A stretch of 63,654 bases of DNA, the filler included, from Pirum gemmata (lineage: Eukaryota): the NCBI GenBank assembly GCA_002812295.1. It is 20 parts of 20 records of this genome, joined end to end, with 100 filler letters (N's around TTAATTAATTAA, not from the genome) between each part and the next. Parts side by side here need not be neighbours in the genome. Positions count along the whole stretch, not along the records: positions 50,377 to 53,256 come from PDIN01004237.1; positions 53,357 to 56,238 come from PDIN01004238.1; positions 56,339 to 60,690 come from PDIN01004239.1; positions 60,791 to 63,654 come from PDIN01004240.1; 16 more parts are not named here. The stretch is one strand, 5' to 3'. Within the stretch, counting starts at the first letter, position 1, and every line of letters begins with the position of its first letter. The notes beneath the pieces were generated by a model that saw nothing but the letters and a program-made list of their open reading frames with translations, made no database searches and had not been told where the DNA came from. Positions 52,101 to 63,654 of the stretch are shown here, piece by piece. The position numbers and the translations under genes are program-made.

Positions 52101-54303
52101 ACCACAAACCAATGAACTGAACCACAAACCCATAAACTAAACCACAAACCACAAACCACAAACCACAAACCTCAAACCTCAAACCATAAAAATTCTCACA
52201 AAATTCAATATTATTGTAAAATCATGGAATCACCCCATATGACCGAAACAAAAAAAGTGAACAAAGTACTTTTAGTGAAAGTCTGGTTCTCAAACATGAC
52301 TATATAATAATAATAATAATAATAATAATAGAAAAATAAAGAATAATAATAATGATAAATAGATAAATAATAATAATAATATAATAATAATAAGTTTGCA
52401 AATCTTGGAAAATAAAAAAAGGATCTTGATAAAAGGAATATTTCTATTAATAACGTATTATTATTATTATTATTATTATTATCATTATTATTATTAATTT
52501 ACTTACTATTATAATTATTATTCGTTAATGTCTGAATTAGGTATGACCTTATTATTAGTTTATTTCTTGATTTTGATGAGGAAAACGACGACTATCATGT
52601 TTTACTTGATAATATTACGAAAATTATAAAACACTGAATTATTTTTTTTCTTTTTGACTGTAAACGGTTTCCATTTTGTGTGGTTATTTGCCAAATGTAG
52701 GAGAGAAATTCGTTATTGATACCGTAGTAGACATGATATTACTATAAAAAAGTGAAAACTGATTTTTTTTTTTTTTGCTTGTGAACTATTTTGTGCAGTT
52801 ATTTGCTAAATACCAGAGTGAAATTAATCGATACCGTTGTAAAATCAATAAAAACCAGTAATATTCAAACTCGATTTGATTTAGTAAAAACTTGTATTTT
52901 TTATATTTTTGAAACATTAACCAAAATTTTGAAAATTTATCTTTAATTATTGTAATTTCTATATTTACATTAAGAATAACGATTTATGAGGTCCGACAGT
53001 GGTCCACTTTCAACTCGAAAAAAATCACTTACATTTTCGATTTGGGATTTCTAACTTAACAGTGACTACTATTACTCTTATGATAATATTATTATCATAT
53101 TTTTTCATGCTATAGACTATTATTATTATTATGTCAGTGTATTATCCTGATAGTAACTATTATTATTTTCTTAAGTATTACTCTTATTATGTATGTCAAA
53201 ATAACCGACAAAATAACCGAGAAACTATAACTGTCAAAATAACCAACAATTTGGTCNNNNNNNNNNNNNNNNNNNNNNNNNNNNNNNNNNNNNNNNNNNN
53301 TTAATTAATTAANNNNNNNNNNNNNNNNNNNNNNNNNNNNNNNNNNNNNNNNNNNNAAAAAAAAAAAAAAAAAAAAATTGATATCATAGACTAGCTAGTC
53401 TACTATTGATGTGATAAGACTAAACTTTAGTCGTAAAAAAATCATAATAAAATAACATCATGTTTTTCCAGTTCAAAAACTGAAATAAAGGTACCAAATG
53501 GTTAAACTATTAGGCATCTTTTAATTAATTTGGTATTTTATAGTTAATTTTTGTATTTTATAAACAAGTTCAATAATACACTTAAACGGTACCAAATTAA
53601 TTATTGAGAGGACAACAACTGTAGAGCTTTCTTTTGTTGTTAGTCATATAGGTCATAGACCCCCAAATAGACCCCCTAATGCCCCTATAACCCCCCCTAG
53701 CTAGACCCCCCAAACCCTAGACAATAACCAATAAAATAAATATTCGGTGACAAAATAAATGAATGAACAATTTTGTGAAAAAAATTTGAAACTCGAAAAA
53801 AAAAAAGAATATTATTTCAAAATTATCACTATTTAATAATTAGGATCGAGTTGTTTGATTCGATTACGTTTTGACTGTAAACGAGCTGGTGTCAATGTCA
53901 TAATGCTCGCGGTATTAAATAGATTCAGGGGTGCCATTTCCAAAAATAGAAGGGTAAAAAAAAATATTGTATTTATTAGGGGGAAAAATATCGAATCGAG
54001 ACTCGTTTGAAATAGCTGGTTTGAAACTTTCGAAATTTTCGATCCAATTTTTTTTTTTTTTAAGTATTGACTCACTTTTGAATTCTTATATAAATTCTTA
54101 AAAATTTCATAGAAAAAACTTGAAACTCGAAAAAAAAAGAACAGCATTTCAAAATTGTCACTATACAATAATTAGAATCGAGCTGTTTGATTCGTCCATT
54201 TTTTTTCGTACCTTGTAGACTTAGCGGTGCTCCACAGACTATTAATAGTCTATTTATAGTCTATTTATTTCTATATTAATCAATGAAAAATGTTAGAAAT
54301 TTT

Positions 54304-54362
<59 letters not shown>

Positions 54363-54894
54363 GATAAAACTGCAGAATTCATTTTTTTTTTTTTTTAGAC
54401 TTCTTTTCTAAAACTTTAATAATAACTAGCCAAATTATTTTTAAAATTTGACCATTGGTTCATAATAGAGTTTTTTTTTAGATAGATAGTTCTCAAAATT
54501 TGGTAGTACTTTAAGGAAAATTGGATTATTTTGAGATTTTCTTGATTTTTGAGCTCATATGGCGAAATGTCGCCATTTTTATCTGGCTTGGTAGTTTTAA
54601 AAAGTATATCATATAACTATCGATATAGGTCTACACAAACAAAAATAAGTCAAAAATACTACAAAAATACACTAAGCAAAAATAAAGTAAAAATAAATAA
54701 AAATAAGTACAAAATATTAGTGTATAAAACCGAATAAATATTTTTTTTTCTCACAAACTAATAATTTATTTATATTATTCGTATATCGTAATAATAACAA
54801 TAAGAATAATAAGAAACAAAAAATAGAAATTTTGACATAAGACTAACTGAAAGTGAAAAAAAAAAAAAAAATTAAAAAAACAAAACGCATACAC

Positions 54895-54936
<42 letters not shown>

Positions 54937-54944
54937 TTAAAAAA

Positions 54945-55121
54945 ATGGAGCCAAAACAAAAAATTGCTAGACGTGATTCTCAACAAAAGGCTGATGAACA
55001 CCCTTTGATGGCAGAATGTCAGATGGGTTGTGGCATGTACCATTACTCTCGGTCTGCTTGGCGCTTGCATTACGAGAAAGTTCATACAGAGCAGGAGGTA
55101 TTACAACAGGAACAACAATAA
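54945..55121 (+). CDS. 58-aa single C2H2 zinc-finger microprotein
   Basis: MEPKQKIARRDSQQKADEHPLMAECQMGCGMYHYSRSAWRLHYEKVHTEQEVLQQEQQ*: exact C-x3-C-x12-H-x4-H spacing; A-rich ATG context. Confidence 0.6.
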   Translation: MEPKQKIARRDSQQKADEHPLMAECQMGCGMYHYSRSAWRLHYEKVHTEQEVLQQEQQ

Positions 55122-55125
55122 TCGG

Positions 55126-55156
<31 letters not shown>

Positions 55157-55164
55157 ACAAATAT

Positions 55165-55673
55165 AATAGAACCAAAGTAAAAATGAGCTAGACGTGATTC
55201 TGACTGGTTAACACCCGTTAATGGCAAAATGCCTCTAGTAGTCTAGTGGGTTGCGGCTGGCACGTGTCACGGGAAAAGTTACAGAGCAAGAAATAGTAAA
55301 CCATATTTATAACAGGAGCAACAATAATCTGCTGACAAACAAACAAACAAACAAACAAACAAACAAACAAACAAACAAACAAACAAACAAACAAACAAAC
55401 AAAGACACAAGCAAACAAACAAACACATAAACAAACGAACAAACAAAACAAACAAAACAAAAAAACAAACAAACAAACCAACAAACAAACACACATAAAA
55501 TGGAGCCGAAAAAAAAGGTGCTAGACCTAGACGTAATACACACCCATTGATGACAGAATGCTGGTTGGGTTATGACGTATACCTTTACTGTCGCGTTACT
55601 TGGCGTTTGCTTTACATTATATACGAGAAAGTTCATACAGCGCAGGAGGTATAATAAAACAGAACAAGCAATA
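55165..55673 (+). pseudogene. Two decayed tandem copies of the C2H2 microprotein gene (about 55165-55328 and 55500-55673)
   Basis: Share GCTAGACGT, ACACCC.TT.ATG.CA.AATG and GAAAGTT(CAT)ACAG with the intact copy but carry stops and indels. Confidence 0.65.
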
Positions 55674-56100
55674 GTTAAAAATTGTCTCTTTGCTTGGGTC
55701 AAGAAATGAATAAATAAAATAAAAATATAAAGAAGTAAATAAAATAAGCAAAAATTGTTTGCAATATAGTAATAAAAACTAGTCTTCTTGTTCTTCTTTT
55801 TTCATCGCTTCCGATTTTGTAAATCTCTAAAACGTTTCCTGTGCGCCTCGTTATTTCCTAATCATTCCTGATTTCTTCCAGATTAAATAATTTTTTTCAT
55901 CATAGAATATATACCCCCACACACCCACATCATTTCTTATCGCGCCGCATAAATGAGCGCCCACTTCTTCTAAGACTCTTAGTTATTTAATTTTACAATT
56001 ATTCTCCTCATTTCCTATCGACCAAACTGGGATTCAGAAGGAGGATTGAACCTATTGTTATTTAATCGTTGTACTTTTTTTTCGCTTTTGTATGCTTTAA

Positions 56101-56190
56101 TTAAATAGGAGGTTCCATGGTTTTTAAAATAGATTCGTACAAATCTTTTGGGGTCGGCTTCTTAGCTATAAAATCCACCTTTAAATCTGC
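56101..56190 (-). CDS. hemD: Uroporphyrinogen-III synthase (HemD/UROS), terminal exon
   Basis: TTCTGTAG acceptor, then ADLKVDFIAKKPTPKDLYESILKTMEPPI*, the HemD C-terminal motif (LxVDxxAxxPTPxxLxxxI). Confidence 0.65.
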   Translation of the reverse strand, partial: ADLKVDFIAKKPTPKDLYESILKTMEPPI

Positions 56191-56339
56191 CTACAGAATA
56201 AAGTAACAAAATTATTATTATTATTATTATTATTATTANNNNNNNNNNNNNNNNNNNNNNNNNNNNNNNNNNNNNNNNNNNNTTAATTAATTAANNNNNN
56301 NNNNNNNNNNNNNNNNNNNNNNNNNNNNNNNNNNNNNNT

Positions 56340-56387
<48 letters not shown>

Positions 56388-56614
56388 TTATATAATTAAT
56401 AATAATAATATAATACAAATGATAGTGGTAACAATAACAATATAAATATTGTATAAAATACAATAATAATAATAAAATATACTTATTATATAATAATATA
56501 ATAATAATAAAAAATTAATATTATATATATATCGGTTCGAATATAGTGAAAAATAAGACTACAGATATCTATTTAAGAATGTAAAAAATACAATTAACGT
56601 CTATATATACTAAT

Positions 56615-57335
56615 TTATAAAATTATAATGTCAACAACATCGTTTTCCCCGAAATGAAACTTGTTAATACTATTAATACTACCCATTTTCAAATTATTAT
56701 TGCTATTATTTTCTTTGTTATTATAAGGATAATAATAATCACTAGCATTATTATTATTATTATTATTATTAAAGTTATAAATAATGTTCTCATTCTTACT
56801 TCCATATTTCTTCTTATTCTTCTTATTCTTCTTATTCTTCTTATTCTTCTTGTTATTGTTGGTTTTGCATTGTTCTTCATTGTTAGACTTTGTACATGTA
56901 TTGTTACAGTTACAGTTATATAGTTCACCGCCACTACTTCTACTAATAATACTGTTAATACTACAATCGCTGTTACTGATACTACTATTATTATTATTAT
57001 TATAGTTAACAATATTATTGTTATCGTTACTACTGCAATTATGATTATTATTATTATAGTTTTGATTATGATTATGATTATTATTATAGTTTTGATCATG
57101 ATTTTGATCATGATTATGATTATAATTATTGCCACAATTAATATTGTAATATTTAGAAATATTACTATCAGAGTCTGACAATTTGTTCGATAGCTCGCAA
57201 TCAAATTTTCGCCAATGCTTATATTTTCTATATGTTAAATCATCTTCAGAATTTGTATAACAATTATTATTCTTGCAATTGTTATTTATATTATTTAAAT
57301 TGTTAATGTTATGATAATTGTATGTATTATTATTA

Positions 57336-57372
<37 letters not shown>

Positions 57373-57706
57373 CGTTGTTATTGTTGTTATGGTTGTTATG
57401 GTTGTTATTATTATTACTTTTGTTGTTGTATTGTCTGGATTTGGAAATGGGTACTACTTGCACATTTTTGCGTTGGCTAAGAATCGAGGCATTATTATTA
57501 TTAATAATAATATCCGTGTTATGTATGTAGGTGTTGTTTCTGTTAACGCTATTATTATTATTGTTATTGTTATGTAATGTTACATTGTTAATGTTGTTAA
57601 CATCATTATAATTATTTTCGTTATTGTTGTTTTTGTTGTTGTTGTTGTTGTTGTACACATGCTTTTGATTGTACTTTTTTTGACTTTTTCTGTTTTTTCT
57701 AAACAT
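56615..57706 (-). CDS. Asn-rich low-complexity protein or large exon
   Basis: 363-codon stop-free frame in AT-rich DNA with mixed AAT/AAC codons and islands of complex sequence; no domain recognised. Confidence 0.5.
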
Positions 57707-58555
57707 ACTTCGTTACAATTACAATAAAAAGTATAATAATGATTGTTTTATAGTATTAATTAATAGTAATTGTAAATNNNNNNNNTTTTGTCATCTGTTA
57801 GCTTTGCTAACAAATCATGACTATAAACAATAAATTATACATAAACATATACAAATATAATATAGTAATACTTCAACACAATCATAAAATATACAATTAA
57901 GAATAATTAATACAATATAAATCCATTTTATTTAATTTAGTATATTTTATAATGTGATTATTATTATAATATAAAAAAAATTTAAAATCAATTTAAATAT
58001 TATAACCAAGAAAATAAATATTCAGAGTGACAAAATAAATGAAAAGCGCAATATAATCATTGTGTAAATCTATAGCTATCTATCATATCTATATATTATA
58101 CAAAAGTGCCAGTATTCGCACAATCTTACACTTTTGCCCCGTTAATTATTTATTGAGGTAGTACGTACAACCAAGTACTTCTTATTGTTTTCAGGTTGTA
58201 TCGTACGCGTGTTTTTCAGTTATTTTGTCGTCATAAAACATACAATAAACAGTACCAAATTAATACAATATAAATCCATTTCATTTAATTTGGTATAATA
58301 TTATTAATATTTTATTATATTTTAATTAAAATATTAATATATTTATTTATTTTTAAAAGTATTAATTAATTTAAAAATATTATAAACAACCAAATAAATA
58401 TTGAGTGATAAAATAAATAAAAAGTACAATGCCAAACAACATAATATGAAAATATATATTATAATTATTATACTAACTATTATACTACTAGTCCAGAGTA
58501 CTACTAGCTAGCTAGAGTGGCCTAGCTCTAGATAGTTAGAGGTAAGTGCTAAGCA

Positions 58556-58749
58556 GGGGAACATTCATAAAGGACGTCACTTATTCTTTAATAGAAGTTA
58601 TTGCTCGAAAGTGTCATTTTAATTAAACTGTTTTAAGCAGAAATTAATTTTTAATTAAAAATGAACTTTAAAATTATGACCAAAAGTGTTTTTGAACAAA
58701 GAGGCATAGGTAAGAAAAGTAGGTGTCGTCCTTTTTATGGATTATTCCT
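58556..58749. mobile_element. Harbinger-like MITE
   Basis: Termini GGGGAACATTCATAAAGGACG / CGTCCTTTTTATGGATTATTCCT; internal part repeated at about 62550-62650. Confidence 0.55.
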
Positions 58750-61403
58750 ATACTAGCTCTAGTAGTAGGAGATAGCTAGCTCTTGAGTATGATAGTTTCT
58801 TTTTCTAATAACTATAGTTTACGATCAGCTTATTTTCTATAATTATTTTTATTATTTATTTATTTATTTTTAAAAATATAATACAAATGAATTATTTAGT
58901 CTACAAATGAATAAAAAAAATAAAAAAAGGAAGAAAAAAAGAAGAAAAAAAGGAAAAAAAAAGGAAGTTAGTTATTGACAAGGAGCTAAAAAAACGTACA
59001 AGGAGTTCAAGTTTCTTTTTCTAATACGATAACTAAAGTTTACGATCAGCTTATTTTCTTATTTTTATTATTTTATTTTATTATATAGAAATGTGACAAA
59101 TAAATAAAATAATAAAATTTTCACTCCTAACTAAAAAAAGTAGAATAATTCAACTTTTGGTGTTTTTTTTTTCTTAGCGATGCACATCATCAGCACATGT
59201 CCATGATGTCCGATGATCTAGTCCAGCTAGATGATCACACGCACAACTTGTGGGCCGCGGGTGGGCTGTGGGCGGAATCCGACGGAAGGAATATTTTTTT
59301 TTCTAAAAGTATATTATAATAGATTCAAAAAAATCTACTTTTTTTTTCGATATTATTAAACTGTTGCCCTAACTAAGGACCACTATTACAGTACTATTAC
59401 CCTAAACAAATAGTATCATAATCATACCTATTATTAACCCTAACCCTACTCTAGCTAGAGCTTAACCTTACCTTTACTGCTAGCTCTAGCTCTAGCTAGC
59501 TAGCTAGTAGTAGACTATGATACTTTATAATATTATTTATAACTCTATGATAACAACTCCCCAACTAACAGTAACGTTTACAACAGTTCATACTAGCTAG
59601 CTATTGATAATTCATCATTTTTCTAGTTCTTTTTATTATCATTACTATTATATCATTGTTATTTGTTGTTGTACTGTTGTTGTTATTTTTAATATATTAA
59701 TAATAATATATAATATAAATTATAATAAAGTTGAAGATGATGATGTTGTTGTTGTTGTTGTTGGTATATTTATATTATTACATAAACGAAATGTTAATTA
59801 AGAATAATTATTGTTATCGCTTTTCATTTATTTTGTCACTCTGAATATTTATTTGGAGTTTTATAATATTTAAATTGACATTTTTAAATCAATACATAGA
59901 TAATAAAATATACCAAAATTTAATTAAATTTTAAATAGATTTGTTGTATACTAAAAATCGAAAAAATTTTAAAAATTAAATTTTGACAATCAAATCAAAC
60001 AGCTCGATCCTAATTATTGAATAGTGTTATTATAATATAAATAATTATATTATTATTAAATATGAAATGGTATGAAATCAAAAATGAATCATTACTTTTT
60101 TAAAATTAGATCGACAATTTTTTAAAGTTTCGAACTAGTCTCGATTCGATGGTTTTTCCCTCATCTTCCAATTAAACGCACCAAATTATTATTTTGGTTA
60201 AACTATATTAATATCAGACATGTTTTAATTAATTGGTATTCTATACTTAATGTTGTAATTGATAAACGGTTAGGGTTAGGGGTTAGGGTTAGGGTTACTA
60301 CATTTTTTTCCAGCCAACTAATGCAAAATAATCTTGCAAAATAACCCTAACCGTTATTATTAATAATTATGTTATATTTTATTATTATTATGATTTTATA
60401 AAATTTATATATTACTATTAATTAATATATGTTTTAATTAATTGGTATTTTAATTTTGTAATTTTTAAAAAAGGTCAATTATTATACACTAGTACTTAAT
60501 TAAACAGTATTAATACCAAATCAAAAATTGAGAGGACAACGTTAACAGTAATGAAACAGACGATAATGTATATGAAAATAACGCTGCAAAATAACCCTAA
60601 CCGTCATGATGTTATAATATATTCTTTTATTAATATCATATGATTTTATACAATTCATTATTATATTAATATTTATTATTATTATTATTANNNNNNNNNN
60701 NNNNNNNNNNNNNNNNNNNNNNNNNNNNNNNNNNTTAATTAATTAANNNNNNNNNNNNNNNNNNNNNNNNNNNNNNNNNNNNNNNNNNNNGGTTAGGGTT
60801 AGGGTTAGGGTTAGGGTTAGGGTTAGGGAGGGTTAGGTTTAGGTTTAGGTTAGGTTTAGGGTTAGGGTTATTTATCAGTAGTCAATTTTAAACTATTTTA
60901 TTCTATTGTTTTTATTTTTTATACTTGAATTTATTTTATTTAGGTATTTTTTACTTATTGATGACTCGTTTACAACCATTTTCTCCACTGTCTAATAAAG
61001 TTTTTATTATATCATTCGAGCGGAGTTTAGTTTATATAATTATTTTTTAAAAAATAACTAAATTATAATGTTTTCGAGGATCTACTAATGGAATTGGTTG
61101 TTGTGCAGAAACTAATAAAACTTTGAAACTTTACGATAATGTATACTATACAAACTGACCTAAATTTCGTAAAGACCGCGTACATTCCCATTCCTTGATG
61201 TTAAATTTACAAAAAATAAACGTCCTAGAAAACACGTTTCTGATTAAGTTCAAACTTTAAAATCACCTTTATAAAGGGCTTACTAAGTTAATTAATTATT
61301 ACTATTTATATACTTAATAATTATTATAAGCATATTATAAATCTGAACCAATCCGGGTTCCTAGCTAGATTTTCTTCTCCAGTAGAAACTTTCTTTTTAT
61401 TAA

Positions 61404-61548
61404 ACGCTCATATCTCCATTGTTATTGCTACTGTAAAGATGATGATTATATAATATAAGTATAAAGGTTAAAAGTCATGTACTATAAAATATAATAGTTG
61501 TATTAATAATCATCTTGATAGAAACAATAGTAATGGAGATATGAGCGT
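61404..61548. mobile_element. 145-bp MITE
   Basis: TIRs ACGCTCATATCTCCATTGTTATTG / CAATAGTAATGGAGATATGAGCGT (22 of 24 match). Confidence 0.65.
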
Positions 61549-61959
61549 AGGTACCCGGGTCACCACCCATAGTTTCTTATATCATGATGAAATTTTTAAA
61601 AGCATATTATGAATAGAAATGTATATTTATATTATTTTAATATAACAAAGGAAAATTTTTAAATCAAAAGAACATAATTGTAATCGGTTTTGCACAGCCT
61701 ATTATGTAAGTCTATGTTCCAAAACGCACAGGAAAAAATCCCCAGAAGAAGGTTTCAGAAAAAATGTACTATCGACCATATTTTATTATTATATTGTTTA
61801 TCATATAAGCTCTATCATACCAGTTTAATTAAAACAAATCATAATATTTTAAAGATACATATTATTATTTTAAATTTATAACACGCAACAATAACCTGAT
61901 CTATGCTTCAATTTTTGATTTTTTAAAAAATAATATCCATGATAATATTATAAGTTATA

Positions 61960-62075
61960 ACTTCCGGTCAAATACAGCTTCAAATACCCCCCCTACCTAC
62001 CTAACCCTCGACGTTAATTTCCGGTCAAATACCACCTATCTACCTACCCCTTGACGTGACGTATTATTTGAACGC
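61960..62075 (+). mobile_element. MITE family B, left-truncated copy
   Basis: ACTTCCGGTCAAATACAGCTTC...GACGTGACGTATTATTTGAACGC. Confidence 0.75.
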
Positions 62076-63610
62076 TTGGCCCCCCTAGTCTATAGATATT
62101 ATTTATAAAGACTTATCATGGATTCATGGTATTGTTTATTATCGATATGATCTACTCTACAACCAACCACATTGTATCTGGATATCTTGATATGATATCA
62201 TATCTATCATAACAAGGAAGACTAATGGGGTTAGGGTTAGGGTTAGGTTACTGTTAGGTTCTACTATCGGCCTCTCAATCTTTAATTTGGTACTGTTTAA
62301 GTTTTTAATTTTAATATTAAACTTGTTTATACCAAATTAATTAAAACATGTCGGATAGTTTAACCATAATAATGATTTGATACGTTTATTCCAGTTTTTG
62401 AACTAAACAAACACGATAGTCTACTTCTAAATTCTAGCTAGCTATCACGATATATCGATAGTAATATGATATCAGATAGCTAGCTAGTTTGAGTGTAGTA
62501 GTACTGTAGTGTAGTAGTTGACTATCAATAAAAGAGTCGGATTGAATAGACCATTGCTCAAAAGTGTGACTTAAACTATTTTAGGCAGTAATTAATTGTT
62601 AAAATGAACTTTAAAATTATGACCAAAAGTGTTTTGGACAAAGAGGCATACATAGGTCCCTACCTGGTTAAACCGGGTACTCTTATAGCTAGCTAGACTA
62701 CTCTTATGTACTCTTCGAGGGGGGGTGATTGCTGGCTGGTACAGTGGTAGAGGGTCTACTCGGGTCTACTCCTATGATACCTTCCCATGCATTTGATATG
62801 ACGTAACGATTGAAAAGCTTGAAAAGGGCAAATGATGACGCTTTGATGACGTATATATAAAAAGTAAAAAAACCTACCTTCTTAATTTTTGTGGTGAGCT
62901 TTTTTACTTGGCCCTTTCAACCTACGATACCAACAAATGTGAATTACTTGTTACGTCAATATTTTAAAATGACGTAAATTTATTAACCCTAACCCTAACC
63001 CTAACCCTAACCCTAACCCTAACCCTAACCCTATTAAACCCTAACCCTAACCCTAACCCAAATAACCCAAGCTCAAGTAGAAGTAGTATGATACTACTAC
63101 TAGCTAGAGGTAGAACTACTAGAACTCTATCGTGTTTTTCATGAAAGTGTTGTACAGTTCAAAACTGAAATAAACGTAGCAAATTATTATTATGGTTAAA
63201 CTATTGTTTTAATTAATTTGATATTTTATACTTAATAATGTTGCATTTTATAAACATATGATAGACTTATTAATTAAACCATGAGACCACAGATATCATA
63301 CAGAATAATTTTTTAAAAGATTGAGGACGATACTATGATAGGCATTGATAGATTGATAGCTAGCTAAGTGCTAGCTAGCTAAGTGCTAGCTAGCTAGCTA
63401 TCATTTTGATAGACCTGGCTAGCTACTACTAGCTAGCTAGCCTACCTACTACTAACTACTCTAGCTGGAGTCTCTAGCTAGCTAGAGCTACTAGCTAGCT
63501 AGCTAGCTAGTATCTAGCTAGAGCTGCTAGACCCGAGAAATGGTTTTTACTGGCTCAGTGGCAGAAAGGAAGTCCGACTCTGGATGGAGCTGGCCCAAGT
63601 CCCATCCAGC

Positions 63611-63654
<44 letters not shown>

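Noticed and set aside
2860..60790. Regular spacing of about 3 kb between TTAATTAATTAA palindromes in N runs, and near-uniform segment length
   Set aside because: Artificial six-frame-stop linkers joining size-sorted contigs; not biology, and no synteny across them.
63612..63654. Terminal poly-C run
   Set aside because: Likely a poly-G no-signal sequencing artefact at a contig end; cannot be supported as real.

Overview
This is AT-rich eukaryotic (probably protist) genomic DNA with the standard code and GT-AG introns. It is not one locus: it is 20 unplaced contigs, mostly about 2.9 kb, joined by artificial N44-TTAATTAATTAA-N44 linkers, so no gene order can be inferred across linkers. Complete or near-complete intronless genes: an RGS protein, a GPI-type repeat surface protein divergently paired with a 4-TM protein, a GT31 glycosyltransferase, a second (truncated) RGS gene, and a 58-aa C2H2 microprotein below the ORF-track cutoff. 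Hand-spliced fragments of intron-containing genes: a Flightless-I/villin-type gelsolin protein, cytochrome b5 reductase, RhoGAP, an ammonium transporter, a purple acid phosphatase, a GCKIII kinase tail and uroporphyrinogen-III synthase. Two signals stand out. First, introns are repeatedly filled with (TTAGGG/CCCTAA)n and variant hexamers, sometimes placing CCCTAAC where a branch point is expected. Second, there is a dense set of non-autonomous DNA-transposon families, including 27-41 bp CAAGG...CCTTG hairpins with 7-bp target duplications that look like P-superfamily excision footprints. Family calls come from motif recognition by eye; no database search was run.
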